Below, one piece after another: positions 1 through 9,711 of a DNA stretch of 64,000 bases. This DNA is from an uncultured bacterium (GTDB taxonomy: Bacteria; Patescibacteriota; Minisyncoccia; UBA6257; 2-01-FULL-56-20). The notes below the pieces were generated by a model that saw nothing but the letters and a program-made list of their open reading frames with translations, was not told the DNA's origin and ran no database searches. The first letter of the stretch is position 1; the number at the start of each line of letters is the position of its first letter. The position numbers were made by a program, and so were the translations under genes. Location: the NCBI GenBank assembly GCA_963696395.1, contig CAVOJZ010000002.1, positions 784,619 to 848,618 on the forward strand, given 5' to 3'.

Positions 1-1
1 C

Positions 2-601
2 GGATTTTCCCGTATCCTGCTTTGCCTGTATATATGCCGCCGATCCCATGGAAATGGCGGCAGCGAAGCCCACGATAACCCCGGAAATGCCGGCAATGAA
101 TGTTGATCCGGTGACGCCGAGAAAGCCCGCGTGGACACCCGTGATTTCCACGATTGCATCGGCCAATCCAAGAGCGATGAAACCGATGTAGGCGATACGA
201 CCCTCTTTTAAGCCGCCGATGAGACCCTTTTCGTGCGAGCGCTCGTCTTCAATGATTTCACGGAGCCTGGCTTTATGGTCTTCAGGCATCGAAGCGAGCA
301 TCGAAGTGTAGGTTGCGATCGATGCATTTTCATGGGTTTCGAGAAATTTTGTCGTAAAAGTGACGCCGAAGAAAGTTCGCAAAAGGGGAATGCCAAAGAT
401 GCCGAGCTTCCGGGGCCTAGGATCCGATCCGGGAACGAGCGATTTCCAAAATTCATAATGCGTTTTTTCCTGGGCCGAAAGTTTTTCAAGAAGCGCCCGG
501 TTCTCGGGATTTTTTTCCCGCTTGGCGAGCTTCGCGTAGACGATGTGCTCCGTAAGCTCGTTCTGTGCGCGGGAGAGATAGGTTGCTTGTATCGAGTCCA
601 T
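2..601 (-). CDS. VIT1/CCC1-family transporter with N-terminal rubrerythrin/ferritin-like domain (3' end runs off window)
   Basis: Manual translation from ATG at 601: MDSIQATYLPRAQNELTEHIVYAKLAKREKNPENRALLEKLSAQEKTHYEFW...GRIAYIGFIALGLADAIVEITGVHAGFLG...GFAAAISMGSAAY. LGLADxxVE and AxSMG motifs are typical of VIT1/CCC1. Not in the ORF track because it is truncated by the window edge. Confidence 0.75.
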   Translation of the reverse strand, partial: MDSIQATYLSRAQNELTEHIVYAKLAKREKNPENRALLEKLSAQEKTHYEFWKSLVPGSDPRPRKLGIFGIPLLRTFFGVTFTTKFLETHENASIATYTSMLASMPEDHKARLREIIEDERSHEKGLIGGLKEGRIAYIGFIALGLADAIVEITGVHAGFLGVTGSTFIAGISGVIVGFAAAISMGSAAYIQAKQDTGKS

Positions 602-634
602 GACAGTATTATACACCCTCGGTTTTTTATCTTG

Positions 635-705
635 TCGGGCCGCCGGGAATCGAACCCGGTCTAAACGCACCCCATGCGCTCGTACTACCGGTATACTACG
701 GCCCG
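635..705 (-). tRNA. tRNA-Pro(GGG)
   Basis: Reverse complement CGGGCCG-TAGTATACCGGTAGTACG-AGCGC-ATGGGGT-GCGTT-...-GGTTCGATTCC-CGGCGGCCCGA folds as a cloverleaf with anticodon GGG; no encoded CCA. Confidence 0.92.
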
Positions 706-738
706 ATTTTTGAACTCAATTATGATACTTCTTTTGCC

Positions 739-1665
739 TTAGCTGAGCAATTTCGCCTCATCCATGATCATTCGAAAAATTTCGTCATCCGGATTTTTTA
801 TCAGCGGTGCCTGACTCGCTGATTCCTTTTCGTGGATGATCTCATCGATAACCGTCGAAACTTTCTTATAATTTTCCGCTACGCGAGGCTGGTCATTGCG
901 CTCTGCATAATTTTGAAAAGCGTGAAGTTGCTCGCTTATCTCAGTAAGAACTATTCCCTGAAGGGGATGCGAGGAGAGTTCGGCGCGAATCTTGGCGAAT
1001 TCTTTGGGGAGGTTTTTCGCCGCAGCTGACTGATCTTTCGTCTTGCGGCTTTCAGCTATGCTTTTTTTCATCCGGATAAAGCGAAGAAGAAGATCGGAGA
1101 TATTTTCTACGGTTGAGTGATCTGCTCCGATAACGACACGTGGCACGTTCCGCAGCTCTCCCCGAAAATTTTCAGATTTAAAATATTTAACCCGCGATAG
1201 CTCGCCTTCCTCAATCGAAGTACGTATGCGCTCAAATTTTTTTTTAAGTCCTTCTCTCCCTTTAGTTACGTCAACCGCAAGCGCAAGGTGAGAGGTTGCG
1301 CCCTCCTCTTCAAATTCAACAATGCTATCAACGCCATTCGCTACGTCATCAAATCGAGACGGCACAATGACGCTCGCATTGGGACCCATGAGATCTGCGT
1401 CTTCTATCTGGCTATCGACAATAGCTTCAAAAAGCTCTCCAAATTTTGTTGAAACGCCACTTTCAAAGCGTGTTTCGAGATTCTTTATATACCGAAGGTC
1501 TGCCTTGATTGCATTTTCATCATAAAGATCTGCGAATTCCTCGAGGCGGATTGCGTTTCGCTTGGTTTCCGGCACCAAAACCTCATATAAAGCCTCCTCC
1601 ATTTCCGGGAGCCGTTCTTGCGAGCGTTGCCGTGCAAGTTGCCCCTCTGGATTGAAGGATTTCAT
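739..1665 (-). CDS. hypothetical protein (acidic, possible degenerate PD-(D/E)xK-like segment DD..NGVD..LAVDVT)
   Basis: 308-aa ORF with no family securely recognised. Confidence 0.6.
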   Translation of the reverse strand: MKSFNPEGQLARQRSQERLPEMEEALYEVLVPETKRNAIRLEEFADLYDENAIKADLRYIKNLETRFESGVSTKFGELFEAIVDSQIEDADLMGPNASVIVPSRFDDVANGVDSIVEFEEEGATSHLALAVDVTKGREGLKKKFERIRTSIEEGELSRVKYFKSENFRGELRNVPRVVIGADHSTVENISDLLLRFIRMKKSIAESRKTKDQSAAAKNLPKEFAKIRAELSSHPLQGIVLTEISEQLHAFQNYAERNDQPRVAENYKKVSTVIDEIIHEKESASQAPLIKNPDDEIFRMIMDEAKLLS

Positions 1666-1674
1666 TATTAAAGT

Positions 1675-1908
1675 CTATGCCTTTGCTCCGGCAACTGCCG
1701 CAACGGATACCTTCCTAGCCACGCGATGAGCCGTTTTGTGGACGGTTTTCATGCAATTGGTGCAAACAAGCATCCGCTTGCCATCAATGCGGGCGTATTG
1801 GAGATTGGGGTATTTGCGGGACCAGTTCACGGGATTATAGTGGCCACGAAGCAAGCGCCGCGCGCCCTGCATTTGTGAACCTTTTCCGCATTTTGCACAC
1901 TGTCTCAT
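1675..1908 (-). CDS. rpmB: 50S ribosomal protein L28
   Basis: MRQCAKCGKG...RKYPNLQ...VCTNCMKT; zinc-binding L28 pattern. Confidence 0.9.
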   Translation of the reverse strand: MRQCAKCGKGSQMQGARRLLRGHYNPVNWSRKYPNLQYARIDGKRMLVCTNCMKTVHKTAHRVARKVSVAAVAGAKA

Positions 1909-1946
1909 AGTTAGAGAGTATAAGCGACTTCCGCGGATTTTGCAAG

Positions 1947-2474
1947 CTAATCGATTCGCACGCGGAGCTTCCTTGTTTTCTTCTTGTTGGCTTTTGGGAG
2001 GGTTACCGTGAGGATCCCGTTCTTGAAAGTGACTTCGGCGCTTTCCGGATCAACCTCCTGCGGCAAAATGAGCGATCGTGCAAATTTCCCCCAATAGCAT
2101 TCCTGATAGAGATAATCCTCGTCACGAACATTTTTTTCACGAGCACGGGTTCCACGGATGGAAATCGAATCGCTCGTTACCGTGATGTCGAGATCGTCCG
2201 GACGGACGCCGGCGATTGCCGACTCGACGACGATATCGGTCGGAGTCTGGTACACGTCAACCGTGAGCTGGCCTTCCGGTTCGCCGTTCGCCCAGTCCGC
2301 GTCGTCGCGTTTTGTCTTTACGCGTGGCTTCGCCGAAGAGAGGACTCCGCTGTTTGCGCGGGCAAGCTCAACTTCCGCCTCGGGCTGTTCTTCGGCGGCG
2401 CTTTCGTAGTTTTCATCGGCCTCCGCTTTTGCCCCCGACAATTGTTCAAAAAATTTTTCGTCGTTTTGATCCAT
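1947..2474 (-). CDS. Hsp20/alpha-crystallin small heat-shock protein
   Basis: VDVYQT..IAGVRPDDLDI..ECYWGKFARSLILP..VDP..FKNGILTVTLPK. Confidence 0.92.
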   Translation of the reverse strand: MDQNDEKFFEQLSGAKAEADENYESAAEEQPEAEVELARANSGVLSSAKPRVKTKRDDADWANGEPEGQLTVDVYQTPTDIVVESAIAGVRPDDLDITVTSDSISIRGTRAREKNVRDEDYLYQECYWGKFARSLILPQEVDPESAEVTFKNGILTVTLPKANKKKTRKLRVRID

Positions 2475-2479
2475 GGCTT

Positions 2480-3190
2480 TTAGTTTACTGGGATTGGTTG
2501 AACCTTTAATTTTTCAAAATCGTGCAGCACAAAAAATCCTATTATCAATAAGAATACCACAGCGTAGCTTACGTCGCCATAGTTCAATACTAGGTAGTTG
2601 AATGTTGCATGAATGACGGTGGCTGCAATAAGGCCGGGGATCAGATAGCGCGCCACTTTTTTCCTGGCGATGCCGAGCGCCCAGTAATAACCGACAATCG
2701 CCGATGTGAGCGAGTGCAAGAGTGTTGCCCCCACGAACCGAAGCGAAACGGTTTGAAAAATGGTCGTGACGAGTGCGGTTTGGGATGAGCCGACATTGGC
2801 AATCGCCCCGATATTTTCGAGCGTTGCAAAACCAAGTGCCGCAACCACCATATAGATCATGGCATCCACCGGTTCGTCGAACTCCGGATTTTTCGCGATA
2901 ACAAAATGCGCCGCCGCGAATTTCATGATCTCTTCAATGAGTGCGAGCGCCACGAGCGAGAGAAGCGAAAGTTCCTGGATGCCAATCCCCGCGGCAAATC
3001 CGTTAAAAACTTCTTCGATGCCGATAGTGAAAAATCCGAACGCGATGCCGACGATGAAGACAAGCGCGATCAGGCGCTTGGGTTCCGGATGAGGATCTTC
3101 CCCGAGATAAAATACAAGCCACGCGAACCCCGGCAAGAGTCCTATGACCAGTGCGGCGATGACCATTAGCCTTATCTTACCATTTCTCAA
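2480..3190 (-). CDS. PrsW-family intramembrane metalloprotease
   Basis: Hydrophobic; ALIEEIMKF, LGFATLEN, LLHS, HATFN motifs. Confidence 0.9.
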   Translation of the reverse strand: MRNGKIRLMVIAALVIGLLPGFAWLVFYLGEDPHPEPKRLIALVFIVGIAFGFFTIGIEEVFNGFAAGIGIQELSLLSLVALALIEEIMKFAAAHFVIAKNPEFDEPVDAMIYMVVAALGFATLENIGAIANVGSSQTALVTTIFQTVSLRFVGATLLHSLTSAIVGYYWALGIARKKVARYLIPGLIAATVIHATFNYLVLNYGDVSYAVVFLLIIGFFVLHDFEKLKVQPIPVN

Positions 3191-5336
3191 CCATCAACAT
3201 CGTCCCCGGACGGAAGATCTGGTAAATCTCCTCGGTGATGAAAGGCATAAACGGATGAAGCATTCTTAACGAGCCGAGGAGCAGATGCTCAAGCAATGCA
3301 TACGCCTCAGCTTTTTCGGCGTCGCTTCCGTCGCGAAGCTTTTTCTTTTCCTGTTCGACAAGCTTGTCCGCCAGGGTATGCCAGACGTAGTGATAAAGCT
3401 TTTCTCCGGCGAGGTGGAATTCGAAAGCATCAATATGGGCCGTAACGTCGCGCTTGAGCTCATCAAATTCTTTTACTTCCGGCCGGTCGCCGGAAAATGA
3501 GCCACGTGCCACGGTGACGGGCGGTTTATTCATCTGGATGAATCGTGCAATATTCCAGATTTTGGTGGAAAAATTGCGATAGCCGCGGATGCGGTCTTCG
3601 GAAAGTTTGATGTCGTTTCCCGCCGCCGCGCCAATGATAAGAGAGAGTCGGGTCGCGTCCGCGCCATAGGTTTCGGCCATCTTAAGCGGGTCGATGCCGT
3701 TGCCGAGTGATTTGGACATCTTGCGGCCCTTGCTATCGCGCACGAGTCCGTGCAGATAAACCTTGCGAAAGGGGACGTTTCCGGTAAGTGCAACCGACAT
3801 GAGGATCATGCGCGCGATCCAGAAAAATAAAATATCATAGCCGGTTTCGAGAACCGAGTTCGGGAAATAGGTTTTGAGGTCCGGCGTTTCATTCGGCCAG
3901 CCGAGCACTGAAAACGGCCAGAGGCCCGATGAAAACCACGTATCGAGCGTATCCGGATCCTGAACCCAAGTCGGATCAGTAACGTCTTCCACGGAAACTT
4001 TATATGCCTCGTCAGTGGAACCGTTCGGATGAATCACGCCCGGATGCCATACGGGGACGCGATGGCCGAACCAAAGCTGCCGTGAGATGCACCAGTCGTG
4101 GAGGTTATCGATCCAATTGAAATAAATTTTCTCAAAATGTTCCGGGATGATGCGGATTTCGCTTTTTGAGACAACGTCACGCAGATGTTGTTTGAGGGTC
4201 GCCGTGGTGCCGGCAGGCGAGGTGAATGGTTTATCGACGGCAATAAACCACTGCAGTTTTGGCAGAGGCTCGATCACGGCACCGGTTCGTTCCGCGGTGG
4301 AAATATTTTGTTTGATATCCTCTTCTTTTTCGAGGAGGCCGTTCTTGCGAAGGTTTTCCACAACCCATTCCCGCGCCTCAACCACTTTCAGTCCGTGCAA
4401 CGGGCCGGGAACCGTCATCCGCGCATATTCATCGATCACTTGCTTCAAGGGGAGCTTGTGTGCTTGTGCCATCTGCCAATCAACCATACTGTGCGCGGGC
4501 GTGACGCCCAAAGCGCCCGTGCCGAAATCTTTTTCGACGGATTCGTCGGCGATCACGCGAATGGTGAGCGGTGTGCCAAGAAAGTCCACTGAAAATTCCT
4601 TTCCTATATATTGTTTATAGCGTTCATCGGTCGGATGCACGGCAACTGCCGTGTCGCCAACTTTGGTTTCCGGCCGGGTCGTAGAGATGGGGATCGGGAA
4701 GTCCTTAGAATAGCGGAACGTGTAGAGTTTGGCGGAGCGTTCTTCGTAAATCACTTCGTCATCCGAAATAACCGTCTGGCCTTTCGGATCCCAGTTCACT
4801 ACGCGATTGCCACGATAGATGAGGCCAAGGTCGTGCATTTTTTTGAATGCGGTGCGCACCGCGAGTTCGCGCGGAGCGTCGAGCGTATAGGCTTCACGGC
4901 TCCAGTCGAGTGACGCCCCCATGCGCTTTATCTGCTTCACGATATAGTCGTGGCTTGTTTGCGCAAATGCGCGGACACGTTTCAGGAACTCTTCACGTCC
5001 GAGATCGTGGCGGCTTTTTTTCTCTTCCTTCGCAATTTGCTTTTCCACTTTGGATTGCGTGGCGATTGCGGCATGGTCGGTGCCCGGAACCCATAGGGTG
5101 CGATGCCCGCGCATGCGGTTATAGCGGACCATGATATCTTCAATGGCGATCATCGCGGCATGACCCATATGGAGTTCGCCGGTCACGTTCGGTGGCGGAA
5201 GAATGATCGAAAAAACCTCCGCGCCGCCCGCGACGACGCCTTTTTCAATGCATACGTCGGGGTTAAACAAGCCCGATTTTTCCCATACGGCATAAATGCG
5301 CGCCTCAACCTCGTTAATATCGTATCGTGGCTCCAT
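3177..5336 (-). CDS. valS: valine--tRNA ligase (short form lacking C-terminal coiled coil)
   Basis: PPPNVTGELHMGHA (HIGH), DWCISRQLWFGH, DTLDTWFSS, KMSKS. Confidence 0.97.
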   Translation of the reverse strand: MEPRYDINEVEARIYAVWEKSGLFNPDVCIEKGVVAGGAEVFSIILPPPNVTGELHMGHAAMIAIEDIMVRYNRMRGHRTLWVPGTDHAAIATQSKVEKQIAKEEKKSRHDLGREEFLKRVRAFAQTSHDYIVKQIKRMGASLDWSREAYTLDAPRELAVRTAFKKMHDLGLIYRGNRVVNWDPKGQTVISDDEVIYEERSAKLYTFRYSKDFPIPISTTRPETKVGDTAVAVHPTDERYKQYIGKEFSVDFLGTPLTIRVIADESVEKDFGTGALGVTPAHSMVDWQMAQAHKLPLKQVIDEYARMTVPGPLHGLKVVEAREWVVENLRKNGLLEKEEDIKQNISTAERTGAVIEPLPKLQWFIAVDKPFTSPAGTTATLKQHLRDVVSKSEIRIIPEHFEKIYFNWIDNLHDWCISRQLWFGHRVPVWHPGVIHPNGSTDEAYKVSVEDVTDPTWVQDPDTLDTWFSSGLWPFSVLGWPNETPDLKTYFPNSVLETGYDILFFWIARMILMSVALTGNVPFRKVYLHGLVRDSKGRKMSKSLGNGIDPLKMAETYGADATRLSLIIGAAAGNDIKLSEDRIRGYRNFSTKIWNIARFIQMNKPPVTVARGSFSGDRPEVKEFDELKRDVTAHIDAFEFHLAGEKLYHYVWHTLADKLVEQEKKKLRDGSDAEKAEAYALLEHLLLGSLRMLHPFMPFITEEIYQIFRPGTMLMVEKW

Positions 5337-5397
5337 ATCGTGGAGTATAATATAATTATTGAAAGGTCGCGACCTTATTTATTATTCCCCCAAAATT

Positions 5398-5733
5398 ATG
5401 GAAGAACAAAAGAAAGATGGAAAAGGTGTGTGCACATGCGGATGCTGTGGTTCCCATATGGGTATGGGCATGGGCTGCGCCTGTGGCGCACACGGCGGCA
5501 CGCGCATGTTGTTTCGCCTTCTCTTGGCGATTATCATTTTAATCCTTGTGTTCTGGTTCGGCGTTAAGCTCGGCGAACTCCGGGAAAGCATCCGTGGATA
5601 CAACGGATACGGTTCCGGAAGTTATTATCCTGTGCGGATGATGCAGGGATACGGAGGCGTTACGTCGCTTCCGAATCTCGCGACCCCGCAGACGCAGCCG
5701 GCCACCCCGGGCGCCGGTACGTCGTCGAACTAG
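5398..5733 (+). CDS. hypothetical membrane protein with Cys/His-rich N-terminus
   Basis: MEEQKKDGKGVCTCGCCGSH..CACGAH followed by one TM helix; ATG at 5398 preferred over the TTG start. Confidence 0.6.
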   Translation: MEEQKKDGKGVCTCGCCGSHMGMGMGCACGAHGGTRMLFRLLLAIIILILVFWFGVKLGELRESIRGYNGYGSGSYYPVRMMQGYGGVTSLPNLATPQTQPATPGAGTSSN

Positions 5734-5788
5734 TTGACTCCTTGAAAACAAAAACCGGAAAGCAAAACGCTTCCGGTTTTTGAACACC

Positions 5789-6964
5789 ATGATCGAATTC
5801 ACCGTCACAAAGAAATCGAAGCGAAGTGCCGCACGGCTCGGCATTTTAAAGACGCCTCACGGGGAGATCGAAACGCCGAGTCTTGTGCCGGTCGCTACGC
5901 TTGCCGCGATAAAATCACTCCGGAGCGACGAGGTCGCGGCAACAAAAACGCAGATCGTTATTTCGAATACTTATCATCTCCATCTTCTTCCCGGAGAAAA
6001 AATCGTTCGTGCCGCCGGCGGCTTACAAAAATTTATGAATTGGCCAAAGCCGATGATGACCGATTCGGGTGGGTTCCAGGTTTTCAGCCTGGGGTTCGGC
6101 AGGGATCTCGGCGTCGGTAAAATTGCAAAATCATTTCAGGGTAAGCTCGAAAAAGCAGTCGAGAAAAACGACCAGCCGAAGACGGTGAAAATTACGGATG
6201 ACGGCGTCCGGTTTCGCTCGCCGCTCACCGGCGAAGAATTATTTCTGGGACCGAAAGAATCGATCAGAATTCAGGAGGCTCTTGGTGCGGACATCATGTT
6301 TGCTTTTGACGAGTGCACGCCTCCCGCGGTATCGCGCGAATATATGAAAATTTCATTAAAGCGGACGCACGCGTGGGCCAAACAGTGTCTTGCTGCAAAA
6401 AAGACAAAGCAAGCGCTCTATGGGATCGTCCAGGGCTCACAATTTAAAGACTTGAGAAGGGAAAGCGCCCGCTATATTAATAGTCTTGCGTTCGATGGTT
6501 TTGGGATTGGTGGCGACCTGGGCGATGCCGCCGGTGGAGGCGAGCGCGGCAAGGGTGCGGCAGTGGGTACGCGGGATATTTTAGGCTGGACCATACCGTT
6601 GCTCGATGAACGGAAGCCGCGCCATTTGCTCGGCATCGGTTATCTTGAGGATATGGAACCGATTGTGAAACGCGGCGTTGATACGTTTGATTGCACGGTG
6701 CCGACGCATTACGCCCGGCGCGGTATCGCTTTCACGAGCAAGGGCAAGCTCGATCTCGGCAAAGCAATATTCCTGAAAGATAAAAATCCAATCGATCCGG
6801 CGTGCGGTTGCATGGTTTGCTCCGAATACCGCCGCAATTATATAGCGCACCTTGTCCGCGCGAAAGAAATCACGAGCGCGCAACTCATCACGTTCCACAA
6901 TTTGTACTACTTTAATTCATACGTAGAAAAAATCCGCGAAAAAATCAAAAAAGGGACGCTGTAG
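5789..6964 (+). CDS. tgt: tRNA-guanine transglycosylase
   Basis: NTYHL, TDSGGFQVFSL, HLLGIG, DTFDCTVPT, CGCMVC zinc site, HNL. Confidence 0.96.
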   Translation: MIEFTVTKKSKRSAARLGILKTPHGEIETPSLVPVATLAAIKSLRSDEVAATKTQIVISNTYHLHLLPGEKIVRAAGGLQKFMNWPKPMMTDSGGFQVFSLGFGRDLGVGKIAKSFQGKLEKAVEKNDQPKTVKITDDGVRFRSPLTGEELFLGPKESIRIQEALGADIMFAFDECTPPAVSREYMKISLKRTHAWAKQCLAAKKTKQALYGIVQGSQFKDLRRESARYINSLAFDGFGIGGDLGDAAGGGERGKGAAVGTRDILGWTIPLLDERKPRHLLGIGYLEDMEPIVKRGVDTFDCTVPTHYARRGIAFTSKGKLDLGKAIFLKDKNPIDPACGCMVCSEYRRNYIAHLVRAKEITSAQLITFHNLYYFNSYVEKIREKIKKGTL

Positions 6965-7027
6965 TTTTTTCCGGCGGCGGCCGGTGGAAAAAAAGCCACC
7001 GCGGGGGATGCGGTGGCAGGGGAGGGC

Positions 7028-7588
7028 TCATGCCCAGATATTGTTTCCGTATTTCTTGATCAGCCCATTGACGCTTTCGCGCACATGATCGAAATCTTCG
7101 TCCGACAGAAGATTGCCGTTGACGTTCGGACTCTTGAGTGCAGCGTTGAGAAATGTAGTCATCGCGCGAAGTTCTATCCGCTCCCTATCTTTGAGGAGAT
7201 CGCGATCCATCCTTTCTATGCCATCGAGAATGAACTCACAGCAATCTCGCTGGTCGAGCGGTTCAGGAACATACTCTTGCTTCGGTGCGCCGTTTTCCAT
7301 CTTCCAGCAGCTGAATGGATGCGTGATAACATCCCTGCCGACACTCGAGACGTGTCCTTCGATGAGTGAAATGTAGAAGAGTTTCGGTTGGCCGAAATCC
7401 CAATCAACAAATCCTACGGTGTCGTGCACGCATCCAAAGCGGAAAATGTTGTGGCCCACCTTGTAGGGGAATTCCGGTCTCAGGATCTTATGTCGCAAGT
7501 TGCCGTGGAAATATCGGATGTTGCCGTTAAAAACATAAAAGTTGGGACCGCGCAGCGCGCTCTCAGTTGGACTCGACAACATTTCCAT
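7028..7588 (-). CDS. hypothetical protein
   Basis: 186-aa ORF with a GGAGG ribosome-binding site upstream; no family recognised. Confidence 0.5.
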   Translation of the reverse strand: MEMLSSPTESALRGPNFYVFNGNIRYFHGNLRHKILRPEFPYKVGHNIFRFGCVHDTVGFVDWDFGQPKLFYISLIEGHVSSVGRDVITHPFSCWKMENGAPKQEYVPEPLDQRDCCEFILDGIERMDRDLLKDRERIELRAMTTFLNAALKSPNVNGNLLSDEDFDHVRESVNGLIKKYGNNIWA

Positions 7589-7675
7589 TGGCCTTCCTCC
7601 GGGTGGAATAGTTCTTGTTCGGTCATAGACCGTACTAGCTTCACCATCGCGCTAATCGATTATTGTGTCAAGATC

Positions 7676-8746
7676 TTATATCTCGAGTCCGCCATTCGCC
7701 TCAAGCTTATATTTCTTCTTGCGCCAATAGGCCATGGTTCCCGCGGCGCCGATCATCGCGGCGTTGTCGAGGTTGTAGGCAAAGTCGGGAACAAAGAATT
7801 GTGCGCCGATGAGGCCTGCGGTCCGCTCGAGTGCGCGGCGAAGGTGCTTGTTCGCCGCAACGCCTCCGCACAAAAGAATCGATTCCGCGCCGCATGCCTC
7901 AGCTGCGCGGCGTGTTTTCCCGACGAGCACATCGATCACGGCTTGTTCAAAGCCGGCTGCAACGTCTGCTGCTCGCACGGTTTTCCGCGCAGCCTTCGCA
8001 TCGCGCAAATAATAGAGGACGGATGTTTTCAATCCGGAGAAACTGAAGTCATAATTTTTCTGGTCGAGCATGGGTCTAGGGAAAGCTATCGTGAAAGGAT
8101 TTCCTTTCGCCGCAAGTTTTTCGATCTCCGGACCGCCGGGGTAGGGAAGATCAAGAAGCCGCGCGACTTTGTCATACGCCTCACCGGCGGCATCGTCGCG
8201 GGTTTCACCGAGGCGCGTCCATGTGGAAAACGAATCCATGAGCAGCAAAATTGAGTGACCGCCGGAAACGATAAGCGCAATGGCGGGAAAGATCTTTTTC
8301 GGGAGAAGTGCTGATGCATAAGCCTTTGAAGATCGCGATGGCAAAAGAAAACTGTAGAGATGTCCTTCGAGATGATTTGCCCCGACGAGCGGTTTTTTGT
8401 GTTCGTGTGCAAGTTTCTTCGCAAATTCGATGCCGGTCCACAATGCCGGTTCAAGGCCGGGGCCAACGGTTACCGTGATAAGATCGATTTTTTTCCATAA
8501 CGCTGTTTCGGCTTTCCCGCCTTCCGCTCCAAATATTTTTTTATAGAGAATCGGAAGATTTTTCAGATGCTCCCGTTTTGCAAGATTTGGAACCACGCCG
8601 CCGAACGGCCGATGGATCGCTATTTGAGAAGCGACGAGGCTCGTAAGCACCCGGAATCTCGGCGCACGCAAGCCGCCGCGCGCTTCGAGCACGGCAATGC
8701 CGGTTTCATCACACGATGTTTCGATGGCGAGGACGGTTAAAGGCAT
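7676..8746 (-). CDS. tsaD: tRNA N6-adenosine threonylcarbamoyltransferase
   Basis: IETSCDET, GGVVP, NHLEGH, ETRDDAAGEAYDKVAR, FSFSGLKT, GGVAAN, DNAAMI. Confidence 0.97.
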   Translation of the reverse strand: MPLTVLAIETSCDETGIAVLEARGGLRAPRFRVLTSLVASQIAIHRPFGGVVPNLAKREHLKNLPILYKKIFGAEGGKAETALWKKIDLITVTVGPGLEPALWTGIEFAKKLAHEHKKPLVGANHLEGHLYSFLLPSRSSKAYASALLPKKIFPAIALIVSGGHSILLLMDSFSTWTRLGETRDDAAGEAYDKVARLLDLPYPGGPEIEKLAAKGNPFTIAFPRPMLDQKNYDFSFSGLKTSVLYYLRDAKAARKTVRAADVAAGFEQAVIDVLVGKTRRAAEACGAESILLCGGVAANKHLRRALERTAGLIGAQFFVPDFAYNLDNAAMIGAAGTMAYWRKKKYKLEANGGLEI

Positions 8747-8810
8747 ACCGATGATTGTATAGATTACTTGTCTTTCTCGTCAATTTCTTGTTAAATCAAT
8801 AATGCTAACT

Positions 8811-8885
8811 GGCTTCATCGTCTAATGGTTAGGACGGCGCCCTTTCACGGCGCAAATGGGGGTTCGATTCCCCCTGGAGCTACCA
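8811..8885 (+). tRNA. tRNA-Glu(TTC), canonical
   Basis: GGCTTCA..TCGTCTAATGGTTAGGAC..GCGCC-CTTTCAC-GGCGC..GGTTCGATTCC..TGGAGCTACCA. Confidence 0.95.
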
Positions 8886-9123
8886 AACCATCTTTTTCTC
8901 CGTTCGACTCCTGATTTAACCTGTAAATTGGGGCTAAATCAGCGGTTTTAAATCCCGGATAGGAATAGGAGAGATTTTTCGGAAAAAGCAGACCTCTCAA
9001 AACCCGAAGGTCTGCAGCTTCAAGTTCTTTCCACTTCAAAGGGAGGCTCTGAATAAACATCAGAGCGAAATCCAGAGCATTCTTCACGTTCTCTTCCGAT
9101 ACGATCGCAAACCTACCCGACGC
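8845..9123 (-). pseudogene. C-terminal remnant of a site-specific (large serine) recombinase reading into the tRNA-Glu 3' end
   Basis: Open frame without a real start, ...LPLKWKELEAADLRVLRGLLFPKNLSYSYPGFKTADLAPIYRL...LVAPGGIEP, overlapping the tRNA on the opposite strand. Resembles the C-terminus of tRNA-targeting recombinases. Confidence 0.65.
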
Positions 9124-9291
9124 TTATATTATCTATAATATTCCCGATGATTTGCAGCAATCTCTAGAGTTAAAGCTTGGAATGGTGGATAAGATTCATT
9201 TCCAACTTGACTCTGCCGCGGGCTCGATGCTATACAGCTTCTAGTGTTCGCTGTTATTTTGAAGTGCGCCTGAGAAGCGCTGGAGGATGCC

Positions 9292-9651
9292 GTGAAAGGA
9301 AAATGGTTTGCTGTCCTGGTGGTGGTGACGATCTTTGCCCTGTGCGGTTCCGGCATTTCGCAGGAGGAACAACTCAAACTGCTTTCAGTCGATATCGTCA
9401 TGACGCACATCCTGCTGTACGATTACGAAAATTTTAGTGCGACCGGGTGGGATGTGACATTCGCCAAGCTTAATGAGACGAAAGGCGACTCCGGCAAGAC
9501 TCTCGAGTATCTGGCGACGGTTAATAAAGGAGCGGTGACCTTTCACTACTATGTCCGTGATTTTCTCGGCATGGATTCGGAGAACAAATGTTTCGGCCGC
9601 GAGATCAACGTGAAAGTGCCGCTGTCCGAATTTGCCTCGCACATTAAATGA
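9292..9651 (+). CDS. hypothetical secreted protein
   Basis: GGAGG RBS, GTG start, N-terminal signal-like segment, downstream terminator. Confidence 0.6.
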   Translation: MKGKWFAVLVVVTIFALCGSGISQEEQLKLLSVDIVMTHILLYDYENFSATGWDVTFAKLNETKGDSGKTLEYLATVNKGAVTFHYYVRDFLGMDSENKCFGREINVKVPLSEFASHIK

Positions 9652-9666
9652 CAACGGAGAAATATC

Positions 9667-9695
9667 AAAAAGCCCCGACTGCTCGGGGCTTTTTT
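9667..9695. terminator. bidirectional intrinsic terminator
   Basis: AAAAAGCCCCGA-CTGC-TCGGGGCTTTTTT between convergent genes. Confidence 0.8.
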
Positions 9696-9711
9696 CTGCA
9701 TAGCGGGGTCT

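Noticed and set aside
3177-5336. Short ValRS as a pseudogene
   Set aside because: All catalytic motifs are intact and its stop overlaps the next gene's start; loss of the C-terminal coiled coil is seen in reduced genomes.
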